Assembly: GCA_038323965.1 (NCBI GenBank)
Contig: JBBQHM010000001.1
Span: forward strand, 889-64,888
DNA: 64,000 nt
Direction: 5' to 3'
DNA from: Chthoniobacterales bacterium
GTDB lineage: Bacteria; Verrucomicrobiota; Verrucomicrobiia; Chthoniobacterales; UBA10450
The position numbers and the translations under genes are program-made. Shown here piece by piece: positions 44,784 to 53,862 of this stretch (within the stretch, counting starts at the first letter, position 1; every line of letters starts with the position of its first letter). Under the pieces are notes generated by a model. It worked only from the letters and a program-made list of their open reading frames with translations, did not search any database and was not told the DNA's origin.

Positions 44784-45833
44784 ATGAAGGCGCTCACGGA
44801 TAAGCTCCGCGATGGCGCCGATCTTAACGGCAACGATGTTCGCTACGCCGTAAGTCTGCTTCTCTCGGACTCAATCGAGGCCGCCGCGAAAGGAGACTTT
44901 CTCACCGCCTTGCACGAGAAGGGCGAGACCGTCGACGAGATTACCAATCTCGTTTGCGATCTCATGGAGCGCGCGGTGGACCCGATGCTCGAACTCGGCA
45001 AATCGGGCCGGACGGTAATCGACATCTGCGGGACCGGCGGCGATGGTTTCGATCTCTTTAATGTCTCGACCGCGGTGATGTTCGTGATCGCGGCGGCGGA
45101 TCTGGCAGTCATTAAACATGGAAATCGCAGTGTCACGTCGCGCTCGGGCAGTGCCGACGTGCTCGAAGCACTCGGCGTTACCATCGATCTCAACCCGGAC
45201 GATCTAAAGCGATGCGTCGACGATCTCGGCTTCGGCTTCATCTACGCGCGCCGTTACCATCCGGCCTTCCGTGCGCTTGCTGAAATGCGGCGTCAGCTCG
45301 CGCGCGAAAACAAGCGCACCGTCTTTAACATCGTGGGGCCACTGCTCAATCCCGCGTCACCGCCTTACCAACTTATCGGCGTTTACAATCCGCGACTGAC
45401 GAATGTCTTCGCGCAGGTTCTACGCGAGCTCGGCTGCAAACGCGCGTGGGTGGTGCATGGGCTCGCGGAGGGAAATCGCGGCGTCGATGATGTGTCAACG
45501 GTGGGGCCGACCACCGTAGCGGAGTTACACGAAGGCAAAGTAAAGTCAGCCGTGCTCGACACGCGATGGCTCGGCATTCCGCAGGCGACCATCGCCGAAC
45601 TCACAGGCGGTGATGCGGCCGAGAATGCGAAGACGATCGAAAGTATTCTTGGCGGCGAAGACCGCGGCGCGAAGTACAACTACGTCGTGGCCAATGCCGC
45701 TGCTGCCCTCATTGTCGCCGAAGTAGTACACGATATGAACTCGGGCGCGGCGCTCGCTCGCGAATACATCGATAGTGGTCGCGCGTTGAAAAAGCTGCGC
45801 GCTTTGCAGGCGTTCACCGCGTCCGTTTCCTAA
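44784..45833 (+). CDS. trpD: anthranilate phosphoribosyltransferase
   Basis: DICGTGGDGFDLFNVST, KHGNRSVTSRSGSADVLEALG, and NPASP. Confidence 0.92.
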   Translation: MKALTDKLRDGADLNGNDVRYAVSLLLSDSIEAAAKGDFLTALHEKGETVDEITNLVCDLMERAVDPMLELGKSGRTVIDICGTGGDGFDLFNVSTAVMFVIAAADLAVIKHGNRSVTSRSGSADVLEALGVTIDLNPDDLKRCVDDLGFGFIYARRYHPAFRALAEMRRQLARENKRTVFNIVGPLLNPASPPYQLIGVYNPRLTNVFAQVLRELGCKRAWVVHGLAEGNRGVDDVSTVGPTTVAELHEGKVKSAVLDTRWLGIPQATIAELTGGDAAENAKTIESILGGEDRGAKYNYVVANAAAALIVAEVVHDMNSGAALAREYIDSGRALKKLRALQAFTASVS

Positions 45834-46444
45834 TCGGCAAATTTTCGGAACGGGTAGCTTGTTTCAATTACTCGCAGAATCGCGACGGCAACTTCATTAC
45901 GATCTAGCGAACGCCCAAGTTCCAGCGCCAGCGACGTCGCGCGCTCGCGCAATGATTCAGAAAAATCAGCCAGGGTATGATTGACGTTTATCCCGATGCC
46001 CAGAATAGCGATGTGCGTTGAGCCAGGTCTGGCGCGCAGCTCGACCAGGACGCCCCCTAGTTTTCTTGAGTCGACATAAATATCGTTAGGGAAATTCACT
46101 TTGGCTTCAATTCCAAAGGCATCATGTAGCGCAATCACAATTGCCCTCGCCGCCCACGCCGTCACCGCGGCGGATTCTCGCACGTCGATTTCGGGAAACA
46201 GGAGAGTCGAGAACCAAAGACCCTTGCCCGCTGCCGATTCCCAATGATTCCCGCGCTGACCGCGGCCGGCGGTCTGCTTTTCCGCGAAAACGACAACGCC
46301 CTCGGACGCGTGATCAACGAGCCGAACGATTTCGTCATTGGTTGAAGTCGTTTCTGTGAGAACGGTCACTTCATGGCCGACGATCGCGCCCTGTAGCGCA
46401 CGACGAATTCGCTCAACATCGATTTTATCCGGGACGGCGCTCAC
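45830..46444 (-). CDS. birA: biotin--[acetyl-CoA-carboxylase] ligase (no HTH domain)
   Basis: QTAGRGQRGNHWES biotin-binding loop. 204 aa. Confidence 0.85.
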   Translation of the reverse strand: MSAVPDKIDVERIRRALQGAIVGHEVTVLTETTSTNDEIVRLVDHASEGVVVFAEKQTAGRGQRGNHWESAAGKGLWFSTLLFPEIDVRESAAVTAWAARAIVIALHDAFGIEAKVNFPNDIYVDSRKLGGVLVELRARPGSTHIAILGIGINVNHTLADFSESLRERATSLALELGRSLDRNEVAVAILRVIETSYPFRKFAD

Positions 46445-47292
46445 GACGCCACGCGCGTCAGTTCCATCGATAAATCAGCTGCGATGGCCGAATGCGTGAG
46501 CGCACCGACCGAAACGTAATCGACACCGGTGGCAGCGATCTGCCGGACCGTCTGCAGCGTAATTCCACCGCTCGCCTCAAGCTGCACCGGCCGCGTTTTG
46601 CGCAAGGCTACCGCTTCCCGCAATTGAGCGGTTTTCATGTTATCGAGCAAAATAATGTCGACTCCCGGCGTCTCGAGAAATTCGCGCACCTGATCGAGCG
46701 AATCGGCTTCGATCTCCACGCGAACTTTCGGATGCTGCACTTTTAATTGCGCGATCCGCGCGGCCATGTCGCCCCGCGTTGATCCTGTCGCAATGTGGTT
46801 GTCCTTCACCAGAATCATGTCGTGCAGCCCGAATCGATGATTCACCCCGCCGCCCGCAACGACCGCCGCCTTTTCGAGACGCCTCATGCCGGGAGTTGTC
46901 TTTCGAGTATCTAAAATCTTGGTCTTCGTCGACGCGGCGGCGTCCACAAATTCGCGCGTTAAGGTTGCCACGCCCGAGAGATGCTGCAGGAAATTCAACG
47001 CGACGCGCTCAGCCGTGAGGATCGATCGGGCGGCGCCACGAATTTCCATGACGCTTTCACCGGCCCGCACCGCGCTCCCGTCCCCACGCATCACTTCGAC
47101 TCGAAGCGCGGGATCGACCTGACGAAAAACTTCCACCGCCGCCTCAATTCCGCTTACGACCAGGCGGTTCCGCGCGACAATCCGACCGAGGGCGCGCAGA
47201 TCGGAGTCGACAAAAGTGTCAGTTGTGAGGTCGCCGGTTCCAATGTCTTCACGCAGGGCTATCGATACTAATTCGATATCTGCGGGAGTCAT
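46441..47292 (-). CDS. nadC: nicotinate-nucleotide diphosphorylase (carboxylating)
   Basis: ALREDIGTGDLTT, ILDTRKTTPGMR, ILLDNM, and SGGITL. Confidence 0.92.
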   Translation of the reverse strand: MTPADIELVSIALREDIGTGDLTTDTFVDSDLRALGRIVARNRLVVSGIEAAVEVFRQVDPALRVEVMRGDGSAVRAGESVMEIRGAARSILTAERVALNFLQHLSGVATLTREFVDAAASTKTKILDTRKTTPGMRRLEKAAVVAGGGVNHRFGLHDMILVKDNHIATGSTRGDMAARIAQLKVQHPKVRVEIEADSLDQVREFLETPGVDIILLDNMKTAQLREAVALRKTRPVQLEASGGITLQTVRQIAATGVDYVSVGALTHSAIAADLSMELTRVAS

Positions 47293-47510
47293 CGTGCCAA
47301 ACTCCCGGAGGCTGCGCGCGCGATGCCGATGCCGGTACAAAAAGATTCGGGCAGCGCACGCACGGAGAAACAGCGAATTTTACAGAAGCGTGCGACTACC
47401 CGAATCGCCTTAACCTGTATCATTGGACAGACATAACCCGGACTCGTTCGAAATATTTTGAGCGATTACAGGATAAATGCACTTCGAGTATGTGTCTTGG
47501 TTTCAATATG

Positions 47511-48425
47511 TTACAGTGCAAGTTCGCCTTGGCCACCCCGCGAGGCCTGTTCAGCTTCAACCCGCACTTCCTGAAGTAACGACTTAAATTCACATTTATC
47601 GAGCGCCTCGATTAATCGGGGGTAATCGGGCGTGATCTTCAACTTCTCAAACGGCACCGACAACTCGATATCGCATTCGAGCTCCACCATTTTGCGGTTC
47701 TGCAATATCTGCTCCCGCGCGGTCGCCAATTTTTCGCGGGTCCGCACGCTTTTGACCGCATCGAGATTTCCCAGCAAGGCGTCGAGGCCGCCGTGTTCGC
47801 GGATAAGACCCGCAGCGACTTTACGTCCGATCCCCGCGCCGGGAATGTTATCGACGGAATCGCCTGCGATCGCGAGAACGTCGCCGATTTGATTCGGAGC
47901 GACTTCCCATTTTTTGAATACTTCCGTCTCTCCCAGGAGCGCGAATGCGTCCTTTGGCGAGACCAGATCCGCCTTCGCCGTCGTGTAAACTTTCACGCAC
48001 GGCCCGACGAGTTGGAACAGGTCCTTGTCGTTGGTTGCGAGCACGACCTCGATATCTCGTTTGCAGGCGGTGACCGCGTAGCATCCCATCAGATCATCGG
48101 CCTCAGTATTTGGGCGTGAGATATTCTTGAAACCCATCAGTGACGTGAGCGTATTCTGAATGAAGTCGAGCTGGGGCACCATCGGCAAAGGCATTTCCTT
48201 GCGTGTCTCCTTGTAAGCGGGTTGTAATTCGACCCGGCGCTGCGGAAGACCCTGGTCCCAGAAAACCGCTCCCAATTCCGGCTTCAAATGCTTCATCATG
48301 AGCCGGAGCGTCTTGGTGAAGCCGTAGATCGCGTTGGTCGGTTCACCCCGGGAATTACTCAGGTTCTGGATCGCGAAGAACGAGCGGTAAACATAATAAT
48401 GGCCGTCAACGAGCAGCAGCTTCAT
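47511..48425 (-). CDS. stand-alone 5'-3' exonuclease / flap endonuclease (Pol I N-terminal-domain-like)
   Basis: MKLLLVDGHYYVYRSFFA, EADDLMG, TNDKDLFQL, DSVDNIPGAGIG (H3TH). 304 aa with no polymerase domain. Confidence 0.85.
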   Translation of the reverse strand: MKLLLVDGHYYVYRSFFAIQNLSNSRGEPTNAIYGFTKTLRLMMKHLKPELGAVFWDQGLPQRRVELQPAYKETRKEMPLPMVPQLDFIQNTLTSLMGFKNISRPNTEADDLMGCYAVTACKRDIEVVLATNDKDLFQLVGPCVKVYTTAKADLVSPKDAFALLGETEVFKKWEVAPNQIGDVLAIAGDSVDNIPGAGIGRKVAAGLIREHGGLDALLGNLDAVKSVRTREKLATAREQILQNRKMVELECDIELSVPFEKLKITPDYPRLIEALDKCEFKSLLQEVRVEAEQASRGGQGELAL

Positions 48426-48506
48426 GGCAGACGACAGGATTCACGGGATTCACGAGATTTCAAAGCTTCGTCGCGCAGCCTAGCCGACCCAGGCGTTTTC
48501 CTTTTC

Positions 48507-48630
48507 GTCATTTCGAGCGAAGTCGAGGGACCCCGTCGCAGTTCTCACGCCCAGACTACGGCGAAGGCTCAGCCGTATTCGGTCGCCTATCCTACGCGCG
48601 ACGGGGTTCCTCGACTTCGCTCGGAATGAC
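48507..48630. repeat. palindromic intergenic repeat, copy 7 (divergent: TTTCGAGC / GGAATGAC)
   Basis: GTCATTTCGAGCGAAGTCGAGGGACCCCGTCGC ... GCGCGACGGGGTTCCTCGACTTCGCTCGGAATGAC. Confidence 0.85.
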
Positions 48631-48644
48631 CGTTAGTTGCGGGC

Positions 48645-49724
48645 ATGTCCGAAGAATGGGTCGTCCGCGTAGAGGGCAAGGAATACGGCCCGGTCGACGT
48701 GCCCACACTTATCGAATGGAAACGCGAGGGGCATTTACTCGCGACCAACCAAGCACGGCGGGAGGAAGATGAGACGTGGACGATTGCCGAATCCATCCCG
48801 GGCGTTTTCCCTCCCAAGCCACCGCCCGCGGCGGAGCCATCGCTTTTTCAGCGCCGAAGCTTTGCCCAAATCATCGGCGATTCGCTGCGAATTTATCGGC
48901 GTGGATTCCCGACGTTTCTATTTCTGACCCTGCTCATTGCGTTGCCGTCAGCCGCGCTGCAATTCATCCCGGCCGCCGTCGATATTAATGGCCAACCGCA
49001 AACCGATTTTATTCAGAACGCGAGCCTCACGCTCACCGCGATCGTCGCGCTCGTCGTTTGCTGGCCACTCTTCCTGGCCGGTATTCAAATCGCGACTGCG
49101 GATCTCGCGAAAGGTGAAGTTATTCGTCTAAGCGACGTGCTCCGGCGCGCCGTAAATTACTGGCCGCGTTTTGCACGGCTTTGTCTTGTCGTTTACGGCA
49201 GCTACTTTTTCTGGGGCGCCATTCCCATCGTCGTGATCACATCGATGGTCGCGGCGCAGCCGTCGCTGATCTCGATTTTTCTCGCGCTGCTCGTCCTCGC
49301 GATTCAGGTCTTCATGGTCTCGCGGCTCTGGGTGAATTTTTTATTCTGGCAACAATCGGCCACGATTGGTGGACACGATGTTCTCGATGCCCTGCGGGAA
49401 AGTCGCTCGCTGGCACGAAGCAAAACGCGGAAGGCGCGGCTCGATCGCCCGATCTGGCGTGGCGCCATCCTCGCCTCGTTCTGGTTTCTGGTGGTGATCG
49501 CCCTCAGCGCGATAGTGGAGCTGCCATTCGCGGTCCAGCAAATGCAGAGCGCGATTACGACGGGCGATCTCGATGCCTTAATAAAAAGCGTGAGCGCTGC
49601 CCGTGTCCCGACCACCCTGACCATCATTCTAAGTATCGTTAGCGCGATGATACACACGTTGCTGCGACCGTTGCTCGGGATTGCATTCGTCCTGTTGTAT
49701 TTTGACGCGAAAACTGACCACTGA
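48645..49724 (+). CDS. GYF-like-domain (DUF4339-type) polytopic membrane protein
   Basis: N-terminal WVVRVEGKEYGPVDVPTLIEWKREGHL followed by about 6 TM segments. Confidence 0.6.
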   Translation: MSEEWVVRVEGKEYGPVDVPTLIEWKREGHLLATNQARREEDETWTIAESIPGVFPPKPPPAAEPSLFQRRSFAQIIGDSLRIYRRGFPTFLFLTLLIALPSAALQFIPAAVDINGQPQTDFIQNASLTLTAIVALVVCWPLFLAGIQIATADLAKGEVIRLSDVLRRAVNYWPRFARLCLVVYGSYFFWGAIPIVVITSMVAAQPSLISIFLALLVLAIQVFMVSRLWVNFLFWQQSATIGGHDVLDALRESRSLARSKTRKARLDRPIWRGAILASFWFLVVIALSAIVELPFAVQQMQSAITTGDLDALIKSVSAARVPTTLTIILSIVSAMIHTLLRPLLGIAFVLLYFDAKTDH

Positions 49725-49832
49725 TCGCGCTTGCCTTGTTACTGTTGTTCATGCCAATGCTGAAATACTTGGAAATGCATGCGCAGAAGAGCATCGACGG
49801 CGTGTCGATATCTCTTTTGAACAGGTGACGGT

Positions 49833-50423
49833 ATGAAACAACGCCGCGCTACAGCAGTTCTTGTTCGCCTAACTGTTGTCATTTCAGCCGTTTCAACTAT
49901 GGCGGCAGCGGCTGAGCCGCGCGTCTACGGCAACATTTCAGAAACCGACGTTCGCGCGATTGTCGCAACAATCCGTTCAACGACGCGCGACAAAATCGTC
50001 TCGGTTCGCGCGAGCTCGGCGCCCGATGCAGCGGGCGTCCGGACTCAATCTGGGGCAACAGCTGGGTGCCAGTACTTCGTTCGGCGAATCGCTGGCCAGT
50101 GGATAATCGGCGGAAAGAGCTGTTGGACGCATGTTTCGAAGTGGCCACCAGCTCCTCGGAGCAAAGATGCTCCTCCAGATATTTATGGTGCGATTAGCAA
50201 AGAAGACGTGCGCGAGATAATCGCCGCTATCAGGGTTGTTAGTTCAAAGCCGATTACGTTTATCGATAGTCGTGTTTACAATCCGCGCTGGCCGCACGAG
50301 CCACGTAACGATATCGCCCACGTCTCGATGGGATCCGAGGACAAGGTCACCGGCGACAGCTACACGATTGAGAAAAAAGATGGTCGTTGGCGCATCACCG
50401 ACCGAGGTCGGTGGATACACTGA
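49833..50423 (+). CDS. secreted hypothetical protein with an internal duplication
   Basis: Signal peptide. Two repeats begin VYGNISETDVRAIVATIRSTT and IYGAISKEDVREIIAAIRVVS. Confidence 0.5.
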   Translation: MKQRRATAVLVRLTVVISAVSTMAAAAEPRVYGNISETDVRAIVATIRSTTRDKIVSVRASSAPDAAGVRTQSGATAGCQYFVRRIAGQWIIGGKSCWTHVSKWPPAPRSKDAPPDIYGAISKEDVREIIAAIRVVSSKPITFIDSRVYNPRWPHEPRNDIAHVSMGSEDKVTGDSYTIEKKDGRWRITDRGRWIH

Positions 50424-50428
50424 GGCGA

Positions 50429-51970
50429 TTACCGTGAGTCCAACTGCACGTAGGGCATCAGGCCGTGCAGGCCACCCTCGCGACCGAAGCCGCTTTCCTT
50501 GTAACCGCCGAATGGACTGGTCGGGTCGAACTTGTTGAAGGTGTTCGCCCAGACGATCCCTGCGCGCAGTTTGCTGACGATCTTAAATATCTTGCTGCCC
50601 TTGTCGGTCCAGACGCCGGCGCTTAATCCGTACATCGTATTATTCGCGCGCTCGATCGCTTCTTCGGGGGTTCGGAATGTCATCACGCTTAGCACCGGGC
50701 CGAAGATTTCCTCCTGCGCGATGCGGTGAGAGGCAGTCACGCCGGTAAAAAAACTTGGCGGATACCAGTAACCTTTTTCCGGCAACGGCCGCTTCGATTG
50801 CACGAGGTGAGCGCCCTGTTGCAAACCGCTGTCCACGAGCTCGCAAATCTTCTCGAGCTGCATCTTCGAATTGATGGCACCGATATCGGTGTTTTTATCG
50901 AGCGGATCGCCGACTCGCAGGGTTGCAATGCGGTCGCGCAACTTCCGAATCACGTGCGGAAAAATGCCTTCCTGAACCAACAGCCGGGAGCCGGCGCAAC
51001 AGACGTGACCTTGGTTGAAATAAATTCCGGCGATAATCCCCTCCACTGCCTGGTCGAGCGGCGCGTCGTCAAAAATAATGTTCGCCGCCTTGCCGCCGAG
51101 CTCGAGCGTGAGCTTCTTTTTCGTGCCGGCAATCGACCGCGCAATCCGTTTACCGACATCGGTGGAACCGGTGAACGCGATTTTGTTTACGTCTTTGTGA
51201 TCAACCAGGGAGCGGCCGGTCTCGCCGGCGCCGGTGACAATATTCACGACGCCGTCCGGCAACTCGGCCTGCTGAAAAATTTCCGCAAGATGCATCGCGC
51301 TGATGCTGGTGGTTTCCGCCGGTTTCAATACGCAGGTATTCCCGCACGCCAGCGCAGGCGCCAGCTTCCAGGCCGCCATCAAGAGCGGGAAGTTCCATGG
51401 AATAATCTGGCCAGCTACGCCTAACGAACGCGCCGTTCTACCCGGAAACGCGTACTGAAGTTTATCGGCCCACCCCGCATAATAGAAGAAGTGCGCGGCC
51501 ACGAGCGGTAGATCGATGTCGCGCGATTCCTTGATCGTCTTGCCGCCATCCATCGTCTCGATAATCGCGAGCTCGCGCGATTTCTCCTGAATTAAGCGCG
51601 CGATCCGAAACAGATATTTGCCCCGCTCGCGACCGGACATCCTGCCCCAGACACCGTCATGCGCTCTCCGCGCAGCCCTGACCGCGCGATCGACATCCAC
51701 CGCGTTGCCTTCGGCGATCTCGGCCAGCTTCTCTTCCGTCGCCGGATTAATGGAATCGAAATATTTTCCCGACTTCGGTTTGCTGAATTCGCCGTCGATA
51801 AAAAGGTCGTATCGCTGGCGCAGCTTGATATGAGTATTCGCTTCCAGCGCGGGCGCGTAACTCCAACGATCGCCAAAATTCAGCACTCGCTCGTGCGGTC
51901 GAAGCGCAACCCGGTGGTCGCCGTTTTCGAGCTGGTCAACGATCAGGATCGATTGTTTTTTGCGCGCCAT
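50429..51970 (-). CDS. NAD(P)-dependent aldehyde dehydrogenase
   Basis: FTGSTDVGK, ELGGKA, and catalytic QGHVCCAGSR. ATG at 51970; TTG 51979 is an alternative start. Confidence 0.88.
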   Translation of the reverse strand: MARKKQSILIVDQLENGDHRVALRPHERVLNFGDRWSYAPALEANTHIKLRQRYDLFIDGEFSKPKSGKYFDSINPATEEKLAEIAEGNAVDVDRAVRAARRAHDGVWGRMSGRERGKYLFRIARLIQEKSRELAIIETMDGGKTIKESRDIDLPLVAAHFFYYAGWADKLQYAFPGRTARSLGVAGQIIPWNFPLLMAAWKLAPALACGNTCVLKPAETTSISAMHLAEIFQQAELPDGVVNIVTGAGETGRSLVDHKDVNKIAFTGSTDVGKRIARSIAGTKKKLTLELGGKAANIIFDDAPLDQAVEGIIAGIYFNQGHVCCAGSRLLVQEGIFPHVIRKLRDRIATLRVGDPLDKNTDIGAINSKMQLEKICELVDSGLQQGAHLVQSKRPLPEKGYWYPPSFFTGVTASHRIAQEEIFGPVLSVMTFRTPEEAIERANNTMYGLSAGVWTDKGSKIFKIVSKLRAGIVWANTFNKFDPTSPFGGYKESGFGREGGLHGLMPYVQLDSR

Positions 51971-51975
51971 GATGA

Positions 51976-52911
51976 TCAAGGAAGCGAGAAGTAATCGCTG
52001 CTTTGGTAATTACCGTCGACGGTTTTCGCGATTTGCATGAGGACGTCGTTGACGAGCGTGCTCGCCCCGAAACGAAAAAGGTCGGGCGTGAGCCAGTCGT
52101 CGCCGAGCGTTTCTTTCACCATCACGAGATAGGCCAGCGCCTGCTTCGCGTTGCGGATTCCGCCGGCCGGTTTCATCCCGATGCGAACACCGGTTTCGTG
52201 GAAGAAATCGCGAATAGCTTCGAGCATTACCAGTGTGACGGGCATCGTCGCAGCGGGTGAGATTTTTCCGGTCGAGGTCTTAATGAAATCGGCGCCGGCC
52301 CGCATCGCGATCTCGCTCGCGAGGCGAACGTTGTCGTAGCTTTGCAGTTCACCCGTTTCTAGGATGACTTTCAGGTGAGCGTCGCCGCAAGCTGCTTTTG
52401 TGGCCGCGATTTCGTCGAAAACGCGATGGTGTTCGCCCGCGAGAAATTCGCCGCGATTAATGACCATGTCGATTTCATCCGCACCATCGTTCGCGGCGCC
52501 GCGTACTTCCTCGAGTTTCAACTTCCCACTCATCAATCCGCTGGGAAAAGCCGTGGCAACCGACGCGACTTTGACTGCGGAACTGCCGAGAAATTTTTTC
52601 GCGACGCGCACAAAGTTCGGGTAGACGCAGACCGCAGCGCACGAGGACACATCGTATCTTTGATCCATCGGCTGCACCGCCTTTCGACAAAGGAAGGCGA
52701 CTTTTCCCGGAGTATCTTTCCCCTCCAGCGTAGTGAGATCCATCATCGAAACGGCGAGCTTTAAACCCTGAAGTTTCGCGGAAGTCTTAATGCTCCGCCT
52801 GGTGAATGCAGCCGCGCGTTCCTCGACCATGACTTGATCCATCGTAGTAGACGCGCGGTACATTCGCGGCGCCACAACGCGAGCTTCCGGAGGTGACGCG
52901 ACGGCTTTCAT
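51976..52911 (-). CDS. deoC: deoxyribose-phosphate aldolase (long form)
   Basis: MMDLTTLEG, CVYPNFV, GADEIDMVINRG, KVILETGEL, and FIKTSTGK with the Schiff-base Lys. Confidence 0.85.
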   Translation of the reverse strand: MKAVASPPEARVVAPRMYRASTTMDQVMVEERAAAFTRRSIKTSAKLQGLKLAVSMMDLTTLEGKDTPGKVAFLCRKAVQPMDQRYDVSSCAAVCVYPNFVRVAKKFLGSSAVKVASVATAFPSGLMSGKLKLEEVRGAANDGADEIDMVINRGEFLAGEHHRVFDEIAATKAACGDAHLKVILETGELQSYDNVRLASEIAMRAGADFIKTSTGKISPAATMPVTLVMLEAIRDFFHETGVRIGMKPAGGIRNAKQALAYLVMVKETLGDDWLTPDLFRFGASTLVNDVLMQIAKTVDGNYQSSDYFSLP

Positions 52912-52965
52912 GCAGCCGCGAATTTACGGGCGCGGGCGAGCGCCGGCAAAGCAAAAGCCGGGAAA

Positions 52966-53038
52966 CGTGCCTGGAGGGGTCGAACCCCCAACCTGCTGAT
53001 CCGAAATCAGCTGCTCTATCCGGTTGAGCTACAGACAC
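52966..53038 (-). tRNA. tRNA-Arg (anticodon UCG); T-loop appears 1 nt short
   Basis: GTGTCTG TA GCTC AACCGGATA GAGC A GCTGA TTTCGGA TCAGC AGGTT GGGGG TTCGAC CCCTC CAGGCAC G. The acceptor stem only closes if the T-loop is 6 nt, which is consistent with one C missing from a C-run. Confidence 0.8.
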
Positions 53039-53137
53039 TAATGACGCTATTTTAGGATTGAGTCCGATGGCAGCAACGTGCGGGATGGCTGGAATAAATT
53101 GTGCTGCTTTAGAATCGCCGCAACCGGTCCCCCCGAT

Positions 53138-53771
53138 ATGAACATTGATCTTAGCACTGCTTTCAAGACGGAGTCTCTGCCTTCACCGTCGGTCCCGGCA
53201 GCGACCCCCAAAGTCGCGGCGGACCTTGCGCAAACGATCGAGCAACCTGCGATTTCGCCTGAACAAGGCTCGCACGCGAAAAATTAATTCCGTGGTAATT
53301 GCGGTTCTCTCCGCCGCCGCCGCGGGCTTGATCTGCGCCTTCACTCTTTTCAACTCCGCCGGGTGGAGCAATCCGACGCGCGGTTGGTTTCACGATGAGA
53401 GCCGCAGAACGACGCCATTAGACGCGGCGGCAGCAACATCGGAAATAATCCCGTCATTACAAAACGCGCTAGATCCATCAACGCGGTCGATGCCTTTGTC
53501 TAACGCGACAGACCCCGCGTCGTCAACTTCCGCGCAGACCCCCGGAGTTACCCCCGCGTCATTTCAACCTTCAAATAATTCGATCGGGACGCTGTCGGCT
53601 GCGATTAAAACTGTTCGTCACCAGACGAGTAAAGCGCAGGTAAATGCCGCCGTTAAACAGACCGCGAAAACGCAAACTCAGTCGATCACTTCAACAACGC
53701 GATCGACGGCGAATATCGGTTCCCCGACGCAGTCACTTTCCGCCAGCGAATTCTCGGCAAGGGTGGCCTGA
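53138..53771 (+). pseudogene. hypothetical single-pass membrane protein, apparent frameshift at an A5 run
   Basis: MNIDLSTAFKTESLPSPSVP...GSHAKN stops at 53285-53287. The adjacent frame continues NSVVIAVLSAAAAGLICAFTLF (TM) plus a Ser/Thr-rich tail to 53771. The junction is AAAAA at 53279-53283. Confidence 0.4.
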
Positions 53772-53862
53772 CGTCAGTGGGAAGCACCTTTTCTGCTCAA
53801 TCAGCGGTGCAATCTGCCGGCGCGGCGCTCGACGGACTCGGCAAACACTAGCAACAGCAACG

